Of a stretch of 64,000 nt of DNA, positions 37,950 through 49,845 are shown one piece after another (the stretch's first letter is position 1; each line of letters begins with the position of its first letter). The notes beneath the pieces were generated by a model. The model was not told the DNA's origin. It saw nothing but the letters and a program-made list of their open reading frames with translations, and ran no database searches. The stretch comes from Lepidodermella squamata. Taxonomy: Eukaryota; Animalia; Gastrotricha. The position numbers and the translations under genes were made by a program. The DNA is taken from NCBI GenBank assembly GCA_047495785.1, contig JBLDXI010000024.1, positions 3,658,001 through 3,722,000 on the forward strand, written 5' to 3'.

Positions 37950-38744
37950 TCACATCGAGGCAACAATAGCTCCAAACTGGGTGTTGAACCCCACAGCCAA
38001 AACTAACATTCGGCCGCTTCCGGATACGACTTTCGAAGCAGCTAGAATCGTGCGATCCGTTTCGAGGTTTTTCGATATTGGCGTTTCATCACCGGTTAAA
38101 CCGCCCCGGTGAACGGCAAGATCGTCCGTTCCTTCGATGAGAATACCATCAGCTAACAGTTCCTCACCAGCTTCGATGAGTTGAATATCACCGACTACAA
38201 TCTCACACACTGGAATGCGAGTTATTTCACCGCCGCGAACCACATTGTACATCGTTGTCGTCTCAAATTCAATTTGGCGCTCGACAGCTAGTTTTCGGGA
38301 TACCCAGCCGTAGTAGCTTTCAATCATGTTCTCTTTAAATCCTGAAGAAATCAATCAGTTTGACTACAAATTGAGCAAATTTATAAATTCTTTACTTTCT
38401 TCCAAGAACGGGATTTGGATTTTGAATAAAGGATAGGTGAAAATTGTTCCGGCAATAGTTACGCCAGCCTCAAATGCAAACATTCTGGCCAATGTTTTCA
38501 AATCTGGCACGTCACAGTCTCGATATACGTTGCGACCGAAGAGCTCCTGGCGTGACTTGATGTCTTGCTCGTCGCCGGAAATGCCGTACGTCAGAGATGT
38601 GTCGAGTTTTTCGGCCAGTGCTGCTATCCCGCCGAATACAGTTTCCAGCATGACTATGCCTTCATCGCCGGGCGACGACATGAGGTCATTTATTGCGTCG
38701 ATATCAATGTTACATGAATTATCATTTGAAGAACTTAGTTCCAT
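37950..38744 (-). pseudogene. Truncated P2-type Ca-ATPase (PMCA-like) N-terminal fragment; pseudogene or non-catalytic mini-gene
   Basis: GGIAALAEKLDTS..GISG..RQELFGRN, VVRGG..I...EIVVGDI..G..L.ADGILI and V.SGSGRMLVLAVGFNTQFG, then a stop. In-frame intron at ~38343-38395. No P or N domains downstream. Confidence 0.75.
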
Positions 38745-39558
38745 GGCTTTACAATCGCTTAAAACGCCTAAAGTAACAATTCAAAAATCGACAATCTTTC
38801 ATGAAAATGATGCAATTTGTAATTTGTCCAAGAAACGTAAATATATATTCTATCGGTAAAACATAAAATGAAAGGTGGAATTTCGATGATCAGAGAGCTT
38901 GAAAAACAAATGAAACGCCTCGAGCCTCAAGGGCTTGAATCGATAGCTTCTAGTCCAGGGCTTCTCAAACAGGGGGTGGCGGCCCCCGAAGAGTTAGGTG
39001 TTGAGAAGCCTAGTTCTAGTCATCAAGGCTCGGCTTATAATGAAAACTATTTGAATATTTAATTTACAGCGCGCAACACGAAACCATCATTTCAAAGCCA
39101 GCGTTCAAGAATACTCAAATGAGATGGGCGTTGACGAGTAAGAAACCATAGGGTCCTTGGCATAACTGGCGCCTAAAAACCAATTGCTGGCCAAAACCTT
39201 TCAAACGGTTCAATCCCGCTGTACAGAAACATCAATTCAGTATAAACACATAACACTGAAATAAGGTATAAGGACTCCGACTATTCGCTATGTAATAGTA
39301 TTCATTTTTATACGGTACACGAAGTTACAATCTGTCAGTTACAGCTCAGCAACTGTCCTCTAGTGACCGGTAAATCTAATCTATCTCTCTTATGTATTTC
39401 GCAGCTAACTACCAATAAGAAACAATGACAGAACTAGATAACCACCAGATTCCGATCACTTTTTGGAGGAATAGAGATGGAGTGAGCACTGCTCTTTATC
39501 AGCGCGCACTATCGTTGTCACTATTCCTCCAAGGATCACTTTCCAGCGCTGCTGACTT

Positions 39559-39732
39559 GCCGTTTGATTATTCTGGAGGAGAAGTTAGCATGGAAAGCAG
39601 TGCGCCCAGAAAGCAGCTGCTTTCCATGCAGTAAGCCGTAATGAGCGTATGCGTGGAAAACACTGCTTTCCAGGCAATTTGCCTGCTACGCACTAGCACT
39701 GCGCTCTAGGCACTGCTTTCCAAGCAAATTTC
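39559..39732 (+). repeat. Left TIR of the MULE, with GGAAAGCAG(TG) subrepeats in both orientations
   Basis: Reverse complement of 47143-47316; the outer ~130 bp has only about 2 mismatches. Confidence 0.95.
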
Positions 39733-40211
39733 TCTCGGAGTGCTTAGAATGCATTCTTGGCTCATTTCGCGTAGTTTTGCAGTTTGAGAATTACTGTTTC
39801 TGATGTTTGGGACACTTTTCAGTTATTTGTCTAATTTTCGTACTCACACGCTTTACTCTGGGCGATAGTATTTTTGAATTATGCTATTAAATTATTATTC
39901 GAGTACATAATAGTTTGATAAGGGTGTCACGTGTGTATCCGGTACAAGGGCGGGTCGCGTGGCGATTCCTTTCGCATCAGCTGTGCAGCATACTTGTGTG
40001 GCGCGACAGTCTTGTGGTGCGGAAGCCATACCATAAAACACAGTTATAAACCAAAGTATACCTGGAACTACGCTGTCTTGTATTCCCTGTATGAGAACTG
40101 TTTGCCAAGTTTGAACCGCAACTCTGTACATTGTAAACGTTTATTCTCTTTTAATCCATAGGCTTTCAGTTATTCGCTTTTGTAAGCTTATTATTGAGTT
40201 GTTTTCTATCA

Positions 40212-43200
40212 ATGAGTCTCTTCGACGAGATTCGTCGTATGAACAAGAAAGTCATAAAAAAGGATGACATTATCCTCGCTATGCCGCCAGTTTTTCATGG
40301 CGATTTGCTTCTGTTTGCTGCGGACTATTTGAAAAAATTGGAGAAGGTATGCATTGGTACATTTTACTTCCAGTCATATCTGTTTGCTATCTTATCTTAT
40401 AGGAGGAAAAACAGATTTATCCCCACCCTAAGGACCACCTGTATTTCGACGAAGGAGAGGGGGGTGCTTTGAGAGCCGTTTCTTTCCAGTTGGTTGTTGA
40501 TTTTGCGGTTAATTTAATTGCAAACATTTTTGTTCATCCCTAGCTGTGCTGCGGGTTTCTCCGATGAGGCGACGATTAACCCCCGAACCCAGCTAGGTTG
40601 CAAAGCCTTCAAGCGCTTCGTCTTGGTGAAGACAGCGCAGGAGTATTTTGTGGCTATTCGTTCCGGGCCTCAGCCTCACAATCATGGCGACAACCTGAAT
40701 AACCAGGAAAGTGTGATTCGTCACCTGCGCCACGATCAGGAAACTCTCAGGGCAGTAGAAGATCTGGTATCTACGAAGCTCTCAGCCACTGAGATTTCGA
40801 AGAGATCCTGTGAAGCTGCTGTCCTGGAGAAGAACTCCATTGCCGATCGTCGCAAATGCCTTGATCAACTCGACGTATACTCGTTCAGAAGACGAATTAT
40901 GTCGTTGAAAGGTGCGCGGTAAGTGATTTTTATTTACCATGGTATCAATCAGGGACTACTTGTATGTTACAATTGATAATAGCCTGGACAAAGTTGAATT
41001 CCACAGTGTGGAAAAGCTGGTGGAAGCCGACAGAGGGAAGCAGGTTCAAGAAGTCATTCATTACACTCCCGGCGATTCTCCGTCCGGTTTTGTCTTGGCA
41101 ATGATGACGCCTCTCCAGCAAGCTCTCGTTGCCAACAATGAGATTTACGAAACTGGATTTCTGGACGCGACTTTCAAGGGCGTAACAAAGCATAATTACG
41201 CTCTCTATGCCATCGCCGCCGTTCAGAAAGGAGTCGAAAAATCTTTGCCGCTTGCGTTTGCCATCTTGGAACATGACGATGAGGCCAGCTTACGCCTATT
41301 TCTCACAGCGCTTCGCGACAAATGCATCAGTCTTAATCCTGCGTTCAAGTTTAGGCATGCCTTATCTCACTATCTTTTCAGTCAAGAATTACTGGGGTAT
41401 TTTTCAGGACGATTGTCATCGATAAAGACCAGAAGGAGATCTCGCTAATCAAAGAAATTTTTGATTGTTGCGTTGTCCTGTGCTACTTCCATCTGCTTCA
41501 GGTAATTGCTCGAATACTTAAATAGGATTTTTACAATGTGGCTGTATTATAGGCTGTAATTAGATGGCTTCATGGCGAAAAATCTGGTTGTTCCGGTCGC
41601 TCTGAGAAGGCCAAGGCGGAGCGTTGCGCTGTAATAGACCTGATAGAGACCATTCGAGCGTCTGGCAACTACGAAGAAGTGCAGGAAAAGTGGCGAGAAG
41701 GCAGCCCGAATCTGTCGCCAAAAGTCCGCACGTATCTTTGGGAATTTTGGGTTCAGGAGAAATATGCTGTGTTGTGGTGTCGCTATGCGCTCAAAAATTA
41801 CCATCTTGACCAGGCTACCAATAACATTATTGAGGTGTAATTACTGATTTCGACTAAAACGACTTTATTATGTTTTCTTTTTTTTATTACGGTAGAACTT
41901 CTGGTTTTGCCTGAAATACACTTTCTTGAAGGTTTGTCAAGCTAGCTATACATCATTTTATTCATTTCTGTTATCTTGTATTATTTCAGGGTTCTTATAA
42001 CCGCCGGATAGACGATTTGGTATTTTTGCTTTCTAACGAGGTCATGTCATATTACGCGCATCTAATGAACCTCGATGCCCACGGTCGAAAAATCTTGAAG
42101 CTGAAGCATAAGCCGGAGCAGTTGGCTACGAAGCAAGCTGACAACGACCGTTTCTGCTCTACGGTCGTCTGGGGCGATGACCTCGTTACCGTACCGTCGT
42201 TCACGCCCAACGAATTCGACATCAAGTACGAGGTGAACCCGGCAGAGCAACGGTGTTCATGTGTCTACAGTATTCACGGAAATATATGCAAGCATTTGCA
42301 TTTCGTGCGCAAGTTGAATCCGGATAAGGTAAGACTTGGTTATTTTCTTCTATAAAATAATGTTAATTTTGCGTGCGGTTCATTCAGATATCCGTTTACC
42401 GTGATCGTCTTACGAAGTCAATTGTCGACGAAGGCCTCTGCGACAAGTTGGGCGATGAGCTACGAGTGATGAGCCCAATTAGCCATCACGTCAGCCTGGT
42501 CGACCTGAAGACGATGAGATGCGACTGCATGGCGTCGAGTTATGCGCCGGATAAGGAACTTTGTTGTTGTGTTATGGCCGCTCGCCAGCTATTCCCAGGT
42601 ATATTATTAAACAGTTATTCGATTTGCTGTTTTGTCATTTCATATGATTCAATTTTCAGTTGAAGCTGAGGCTGCTGACCAACTGCTAGTTCAAGCTCGT
42701 TCCACTGCGCCTAGTGTGAAAGATGCGGTTGCGGCATTTTCAAGCAACAAGGTTGCTCCGGCAACCAAAATGCCTGCAACGACACGTAACGCTCATTTCT
42801 CAAAAACCGGAATAAAGCGCTCTGCTCCTATCGACCCGAACGAGCCAAGCTCAAGCGGCGATCATCTTGCTGATCACTGCACGAGTGCTGACCCCCTTGC
42901 TGATCATAGAGTGAAGAAATTCAGAAGCTCTAAAAGAGGAAGACAAACTCACAACGTGATGGCGAATTTCAGACGCCAAAACTGTCCCTCTGATGTGCCG
43001 GCTGATGTTGCCGCGCGACTTGCGTCAACGTCAAATGCACAGGAACCGGTATGTACTCCCGCCTCGCGCCTCGTTGGCCTGAGTCTACCCGGTCTGCGCT
43101 TTCCTCGCCCGCCGCTCGCTGGAACCGGTCTGCGTATTCCTGGCCCGCCGCTCGCTGGAACCGGTCTGCGTATTCCTGGCCCGCTGCTCGCTGGAACCGG

Positions 43201-43384
43201 TCTGCGTATTCCTGGCCCGCTGCTCGCTGGAACCGGTTTGCGTATTCCACGCCCGCCGCTCCCTGGAACCGGTTTGCGTATTCCACGCCCGCCGCTCCCT
43301 GGTGCTGGAATAGCGGTTGTTAGCCCTTCCGGTGTGGTGATTTTGCGCCCTCCGGGCGCGGCTAATCCAGACAATATCAACTAA
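40212..43384 (+). CDS. MULE DDE transposase with SWIM zinc finger, about 9 introns
   Basis: FLDATFK (D1), IVIDKD (D2), LCYFH, TNNIIE|NFW..LK..FL..N.R.D.LV (E), and SWIM CSC..ICKH. The exons checked are open. Confidence 0.9.
43100..43305 (+). repeat. Coding 36-bp tandem repeat, about 5.5 copies (PPLAGTGLRIPG)
   Basis: ccgc(c/t)gctc(g/c)ctggaaccggt(c/t)tgcgtattcc repeated at 36-bp period without spacers. Confidence 0.95.
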
Positions 43385-44170
43385 ACTTTCGCTATTAGCT
43401 CTCCGCTTAATCCTTTGTGTTTGCTCAACATCCGGCTTCTTGCATCTGCATGTGTGCGCATTGTGCGCGATGAGTGCCACTTCTTACACACTCATTAGCG
43501 ATGACCGCGCGGAATTCATACTCATAGTTGACTCGAGTATAATTGAAACGATGAATGCCTCTTTCAACTTCGACACTGTTTTTCGGTTGTAAAATGTCTT
43601 TCTATTTTGCCGCATCGTGCGTGGAAATTGTTTACTATTGTGAACAAATTGCGGCTCGAGCCCGGTTATGGTGATTAATTGATCAATAATTAAATTGTGA
43701 TAACAGATAATTGCAATTCAGGCGTAATAAATTGCGGTTTTCTTGCATCCTTGTGTGACATGTCTCATACCTTACACACGTGATATGCAAATTCGTTTTT
43801 TTTTAAAGTGAAAATGATACCAAGCTTGATGAATAAACATTCCGTTTTCAGTACACTTGTGGTTTTTTTACATAAATGACCCGATGTTCATGTTTATGGA
43901 AATATCACAGCTGACGTTTCACGCTACCCAAGTGCGTCATCCACTTGAGAGCGCGCTTCTTTTAGCGGCGGGACCAGCTCCTTATGTCGACTGGTTAATA
44001 GCAAGGCGTACAGCCTCTCATGTCAGGTGTGGGTAGCTTACCGACAAAGCGGCCTAACAGGTGTCGAAACCATGCCGATTTCAGAGTCCAAAACACGAAA
44101 ACAAATTCGTATCGCATTTATTTTGCAATTTTGTAATTCACATTAAAAGTCATCATCATTATTCATCCTT

Positions 44171-45928
44171 ATGGCTGACCGCAGGAAGGACGTTGAATGT
44201 CCCGACCTTGTCGACTCTCTTCTTCTTTTTCTGTCGCCGAACAATGGCCTGCTACGCACTTGGTCAGGACTTGCCAAACTGACATTCAAGTCGAACGCGA
44301 CCACCAAGGCTGTGATTCGAGCGGCCTATTCAGGCGACTCACGTTACTACGTGCTGCTGAACGCAATCAGGTTGGCTGAGAAGAAAACTGCAAAGGAGCG
44401 CGACGACGGCTATTTCACCACCGTTACCCGAGAAGACGCTGTTAAGCCGATCAAGGTGATTGAAAGCGCTCTGAGGCTTCGCGTTCCGCTCATCAAACGC
44501 ATCGATCTTCAACTGCCCAGCTTTTGCGATGATCCGCGCATGTTCAACCTGACCGCAGAACAAACAAGGTTAGTAATATAGAAGTATACGTTTTTACAAT
44601 TTTTAGGCTATTTTTGGCTATTTTTGGCGTATGTACAGCGTCTCCCAAAAATTGCGAAAATTTTTTTAGTTTAGGTTGCTTTTAGATGGTAACTGGCTCG
44701 GTAATTTTCGGTATTTTACCCGGTTGGGCCAAATTCCTCCGGACCTTTTTAATCCCGTAAACCCGTTAGTGGCATACTTAATTATATTCTCGTGATTTTT
44801 GGATATTTTTATAAAATTTCTGGCCGTAAGATGGGACTTCGTCTCTCATTTATGAGTTTCTGAAGCCTTTTCCGTGCATTTTCTCCGCTTGCTGTACATG
44901 TAAACTGTAGTTCCTCTTTAGCGCAAAACGAAACCTCAGAAATTTTAATAAGGTCCCTCCAATTAAGATAATTTGCCTCGTTATATTTTCAACAGAGAGT
45001 TCCTGAAATCTTTCAAGGTTCTGATCAGTCGCGGCCTACCGTCTGACGAAGTGACCAAGGGGGCTTCTAGCGTAGCGTTGCTCGTCGCCATCGATTTCAT
45101 CGACAGGTCTATTGCCAGCATGTTGAACGAGCCAACGGCCATGTTGAACGAGTCCGTCGCGGTGTACGACAAGCTGGCGACCGAATTCATCGCGAAAAAC
45201 AAACATCTTCTTCGCCCGAATTTGCCAATCATTCAGGGCAAGGTCAAAGTGAAGCCGCAGGCCATCGAAGAGGCTATGGCGAGCCCAGATGAAGAAATCG
45301 AATTCGATCGCCCAGGCTCAAGCGCGTCGAGCATCTCGCTTTCTTCGTTTTCCGAATCGAGCCATTCCGTTTTAGACCTGGAAGACGATGTCGATGTACT
45401 GAACCAACTGGCCGGCAATTCCGCTGACCAAACGATCGTCGCTGCTCCTCCTAATGAACGACCAGACAGCAGCGTCAGTAATGCCTCGCGAAAACGCCAA
45501 CTGTCATCAGCCACGACCTCTTCAACCTTGCCGTCTTCGTCTTCTTCTACACCAATTGACAACGAGCCAGTCATACCTGAAACTGCAAGCGACGCTTCAG
45601 AATCTAAAAAGGTAATATCCATCAACTGTGTTGCAGCTTTTCCTAAATGATTACCTTACTTACCTAGATTCGAGTGGACGAGACGAAGCTGTGGCGGCAC
45701 ATCTTCACGCCGAATCCACAAGACCATCGCTTTCTCGACTTAACGCACCAATTCCCGCTCAATTGGCCGGCCGAAAATGTGCAGCTGCCACCCGAAGTCC
45801 AGGCTTTCAGCGACATGGTCTCGAATGGCGCGCAACCTGAACACGCAGCAATGCTCTGTTATAGAGGTTCTGAATTCTCTTGTGAAATCATTCACCATAC
45901 AATTGATGCAATTGAAATAACTGTTTGA
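44171..45928 (+). CDS. Transposon-borne accessory protein of unknown function (3 exons: 44171-~44568, ~44995-45611, ~45668-45928)
   Basis: ATG, phase-compatible GT-AG junctions, coding-like composition and AATAAA at ~46080; lies between the TIRs. Confidence 0.7.
44715..44910 (+). repeat. Dispersed ~190 bp intronic repeat, second copy at ~55605-55785
   Basis: Shared cttcgtctctcatt..tgagtttctgaa..c...tccgtg.atttt, catactt.att..tattctc.tg and ggcc.aatt..tccgga blocks. Confidence 0.75.
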
Positions 45929-47142
45929 ACAACTAATCGATTTTCATTCGCTATTTCTTGTTTTCGATTGTTTCCGCTATCTTGCTTGGTTAATTAATTG
46001 ATAGCTTGTGTTACGATGAATTTGTAGTTGAGACAGCATTGCAGTTTGCTAATTGACAGGCTTGAGCGCTCAATTTTATAATAAAACGTTTCCAATCAGC
46101 ATATTTCTTTTCCGTCGCTCTATAAAGGAGCCCTAAAAAGGCAGAATTCGTAACACGAAACATTTAGACAGACAGAAAGACTGTGAGAGGTAACAGAAAA
46201 GTTGAACTCAACTTGTTTGATGATTTTACGATGGGCGTCTAATCGAGACGAATCACACATTGGTGGTGAGGCGCCCCGACCGTTTTTAATTGCTAAACGT
46301 CGCGAGACAAATTGTAAAATAAATCAGTATATCAGGGTGTCAGTTTACACCAGCTGTCTGATGACGTGGGACACCTCGATGTTTGCACGAGTGCGGTGAC
46401 ATTACTTCAATTAACCAGCCCAAGACGAGCTGGTCTCTTGTCTGTTAGTTGCATGTCGCAACTGTTTTTTGATTCCAGTGTAAAAAATTTCTAATCCTGC
46501 CTTCTATGATAGGATAAAGGTCGGAGAAAGTCGAAAATTTCAATTATTTCAATCTTGGATGGGATAAAATCAAGATTAAAAAAAATTGCTACCCTGTTGG
46601 ATTCGCACTTCCATAGAACGCGCGCCGATGTGCGCGACCAGGATCAGGATCAGGAATTACGATTTCTCCTCGCCCTGACGGACTCAAGCTTTCGCCATAC
46701 GGCGGAGCTGGTGAGACAATTGCGACCTCACGCTCCAGGACAGTTTGGTCTGGTTTACGGTTTACTGACTACTTAATGAATTTCCTACCCCTGGTACCCC
46801 AGTTACTGCTGACTGTTTCTCCAGGGCCAAGGCATTAGTGCCCAGTAAATGTTCACTTGTTTCACGGTGGCAAATGGCAAAAATACGCGATCCTCCTGAA
46901 GTAATGCGTTACTCAAAAAAAAAGAAAAGTAATTTGCTATTTTTTGGCTTAAGTAACGCCTAAACACCTAATAATCACTTGATGGATGACCTAACGGCTA
47001 AGCATGGGGTCAAGGTCTAAAGAAAATAACAGTCATAATGAAGCGTTTGAAAAACCTCACAAATGGTGTTTCAATAATATAACTATATTTTGGAATGTAA
47101 ACCAACAGAATGGCGGTAAAACGCTTAGAAAGCAGCGCTGGC

Positions 47143-47316
47143 GAAATTTGCTTGGAAAGCAGTGCCCGGAGAGCAAAGTGTGTGCGTAGCAGGCAAATTG
47201 CCTGGAAAGCAGTGTTTTCCACGCATACGCTCATTACGGCTTACTGCATGGAAAGCAGCTGCTTTCTGGGCGCACTGCTTTCTATGCTAACTTCTCCTCC
47301 AGAATAATCAAACAGC
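47143..47316 (-). repeat. Right TIR of the MULE
   Basis: Reverse complement of 39559-39732. Confidence 0.95.
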
Positions 47317-47747
47317 GCTGACTTCGTTACCAAGGACGAGCGTCGTTTTCGCAGCCCATTTAGGGACAGAGCGAGAGGATAGTTTACCGCGCAGATCTTG
47401 AACAATTTTTCTTTCAATTATCGATACTTTTAAAACCTTGCTATATAAATGTTTTATAAAAAAATTAATTTTGAGAAAGTTGAGCGTCCTTCGCGATGCG
47501 ATGATTGTTGCTTCGATCAACGTTGCTGGTTGCTGTTCAGCAGTCAATCTTGAATTTCAACTAAGCCTCTGGTTGAGATGCGAAATAATCTACCACGATA
47601 TCCTCAAGCGTAGCCGTTAAATGTTCTTCGATCATTCTTTCAGCCATAAACTCTATCACCGTCGCAATAGCAAATTTGTTCATCCACATTGTCAAATTTA
47701 TGATGTCGATTTCTGACTACTTAGGCGTTATTTATTTGCCGTAAAAA

Positions 47748-49721
47748 ATGATTATTCCAGTGAAAGATGGCGAGTACACTACAACGGTGTATACATTCAT
47801 CAAAGAGCAGAAGTTTGCGGAAGCAGTAGCTGTGCTCAATCAGCAATCCGAGATGTACGCTAACAATCGTGCAGCATTATCGCTTCTGGGTTATTGCTAC
47901 TACCAGCTGCAGGACTTCGTGAATGGAGCCGATTGCTATGAACAGCTATCTCAATTGCACCCAGAAGTCCCCGATTACCGGCTCTATTATGCTCAGTGCT
48001 TGTTTGGCGCTGGATTGTTTCAAGAAGCCGGAAAAACTGCTAGCTCCCTGGGCGACGTCCATCCCGAGTTTATGCCACAAGTAACTAAACTACTTGCTGC
48101 GATCAAATTTGGCGAGGACGATCTTCAGGCTGCTAGAGTGATGGTGGAACAGTCGAGCCGCAGCAGTGGCTCAGAGCATCAATCTGCTGATGACGATGTT
48201 AATTTAGGCTGCATAGCTTATAAGGAGAGCAAATATGGCGAAGCTCAGCGATTGTTTACTCGTGCAATGAAGATAGTTGGGTATGACCCACAAATTGCCT
48301 ACAATATCGCTCTTTGCCACTACAGAGTCAAGCAGTTCGCTTCGGCTCTAAAACTGATCTCAGAGATAATTGAAAAGGGTATCAACGAACATCCAGAGTT
48401 GAATGTAGGGATGAAAACTGACGGAATAGACGTAAAATCAGTTGGCAACTCACTTGTACTTCATGAGAGTGCTTTGGTCGAGGCTTTCAATCTTAAAGCC
48501 GCCATTGAATATCAACTGCAAAACTTCAGTGCTGCGAAGCAAGCACTGACGGATATGCCTCCTCGAAGCGAAGAAGAACTGGACGGCGTTACTCTTCATA
48601 ATACCGCGCTGATGAACATGGACGATTTCCCAACAGCTGGCTTTGAAAAATTGCAATTTCTCATGCAGCAGAATCCTTGCCCACCTGAGACTTTCGGAAA
48701 TTTGCTACTCCTTTACGTCAAACATGACTATTGCGATTTAGCCGCCGATGTCATGGCTGAAAATGCCCATTTAACGTTTGGTGGCCGTGGCTTGCATCCT
48801 TTCTTGTTTGAATTTCTTGATGCAGTTATCACGAGGGCAGCAGCTCCTGAAGAAGCGGCTCGTAAACTCGACTCGATGACCTCGAAATTGGCGGACAAGT
48901 TATCTCAACTGACGAAACAGGTCAAAGATGCGCGGCATAATCACGATGACGAGGTTGTTAAACGCCTGGTTGGCGAGTATGATGACACCATCGAAAAATA
49001 CGTGCCAGCTCTCATGCAACATGCTCGTATATACTGGGACGTGCAAAATTTCGAGCAAGTCGAGAAAATTTTCCGAAAATCCGTTGAGTTCTGCAATGAC
49101 CGCGAGGTTTGGAAGCTCAACGTTGGCCACGTGCTTTTCATGCAAGAGAAGTATAAGGAGGCAATAACCTTCTACGAACCGATTGTCAAGAACCACTACG
49201 ACAATTTGCTGAGTCTCAGTGCGGTTATTCTGGCCAATCTATGCGTCGCCTACATCATGACTGGGCAGAATGAAGAAGCCGAAGAGCTGATGAGACGCCT
49301 CGAAAAAGCAGAGGAAGTCGCAGCATATCGCGAGGCTGATCGTAAATTCTACCACCAATGCATCGTTAACGTCGTTATCGGCACTTTGTACTGCTCGAAG
49401 GGTAACTACGAATTCGGCATCGGGCGAGTCATGAAAGCCCTGGAGCCATACGGGCAGAAACTGTCACCCGACACGTGGTTTTACGTCAAACGTTGTTTCC
49501 TATCCCTTCTCGAGAACATGGCGAAACAGATGTTGCTGATTCGCGATACAATCATCGACGACTGTCGTCATTTTCTCGATTGCTGCGAGTTTTACGGGGT
49601 CGGCATTAAGGCGGCCATTGAAGCGCCACTCGAGGCCGAACCCATGCATCCAGGGCGCAATACGGTCGCGTGGGAGGCTCGCCTCCTTAAAGTCCTACTT
49701 CTCCAAATTGTTTTCGGCTGA
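47748..49721 (+). CDS. IFT70: Intraflagellar transport protein 70 (TTC30/DYF-1/fleer), intronless
   Basis: 657-aa TPR protein with DGEYT..VY, EAFNLKAAIEY, ALTDMPPRSEEELD.VTLHN.AL, PPETFGNLLLLY, IGTLYCSKGNYEFGI and DTWFY.KRC. Confidence 0.96.
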   Translation: MIIPVKDGEYTTTVYTFIKEQKFAEAVAVLNQQSEMYANNRAALSLLGYCYYQLQDFVNGADCYEQLSQLHPEVPDYRLYYAQCLFGAGLFQEAGKTASSLGDVHPEFMPQVTKLLAAIKFGEDDLQAARVMVEQSSRSSGSEHQSADDDVNLGCIAYKESKYGEAQRLFTRAMKIVGYDPQIAYNIALCHYRVKQFASALKLISEIIEKGINEHPELNVGMKTDGIDVKSVGNSLVLHESALVEAFNLKAAIEYQLQNFSAAKQALTDMPPRSEEELDGVTLHNTALMNMDDFPTAGFEKLQFLMQQNPCPPETFGNLLLLYVKHDYCDLAADVMAENAHLTFGGRGLHPFLFEFLDAVITRAAAPEEAARKLDSMTSKLADKLSQLTKQVKDARHNHDDEVVKRLVGEYDDTIEKYVPALMQHARIYWDVQNFEQVEKIFRKSVEFCNDREVWKLNVGHVLFMQEKYKEAITFYEPIVKNHYDNLLSLSAVILANLCVAYIMTGQNEEAEELMRRLEKAEEVAAYREADRKFYHQCIVNVVIGTLYCSKGNYEFGIGRVMKALEPYGQKLSPDTWFYVKRCFLSLLENMAKQMLLIRDTIIDDCRHFLDCCEFYGVGIKAAIEAPLEAEPMHPGRNTVAWEARLLKVLLLQIVFG

Positions 49722-49845
49722 AATAAATTGAACAAAAACTGTGACTTATTATTTATCAATTATTAGTGATGTGATCTCAATTGTAAATTGCACTTGAATA
49801 AAATTGTGTTTAATTTTTGTTGATTTTTCTAGAGATTTTCGAAAA

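Larger units (their letters stand above)
39559..47316 (+). mobile_element. Full-length Mutator-like (MULE) DNA transposon, 7758 bp
   Basis: 174-bp TIRs at 39559-39732 and 47143-47316; 8-bp direct repeat GCTGACTT at 39551-39558 and 47317-47324; internal MULE transposase. Confidence 0.93.

Noticed and set aside
43100-43305. 36-bp repeats as a CRISPR array
   Set aside because: The units are contiguous with no unique spacers, lie in frame within a eukaryotic CDS, and have no cas genes nearby.
42949-43480. Repetitive ORFs in other frames (e.g. QEYADRFQRAAG repeats)
   Set aside because: By-products of a stop-free 36-bp repeat.
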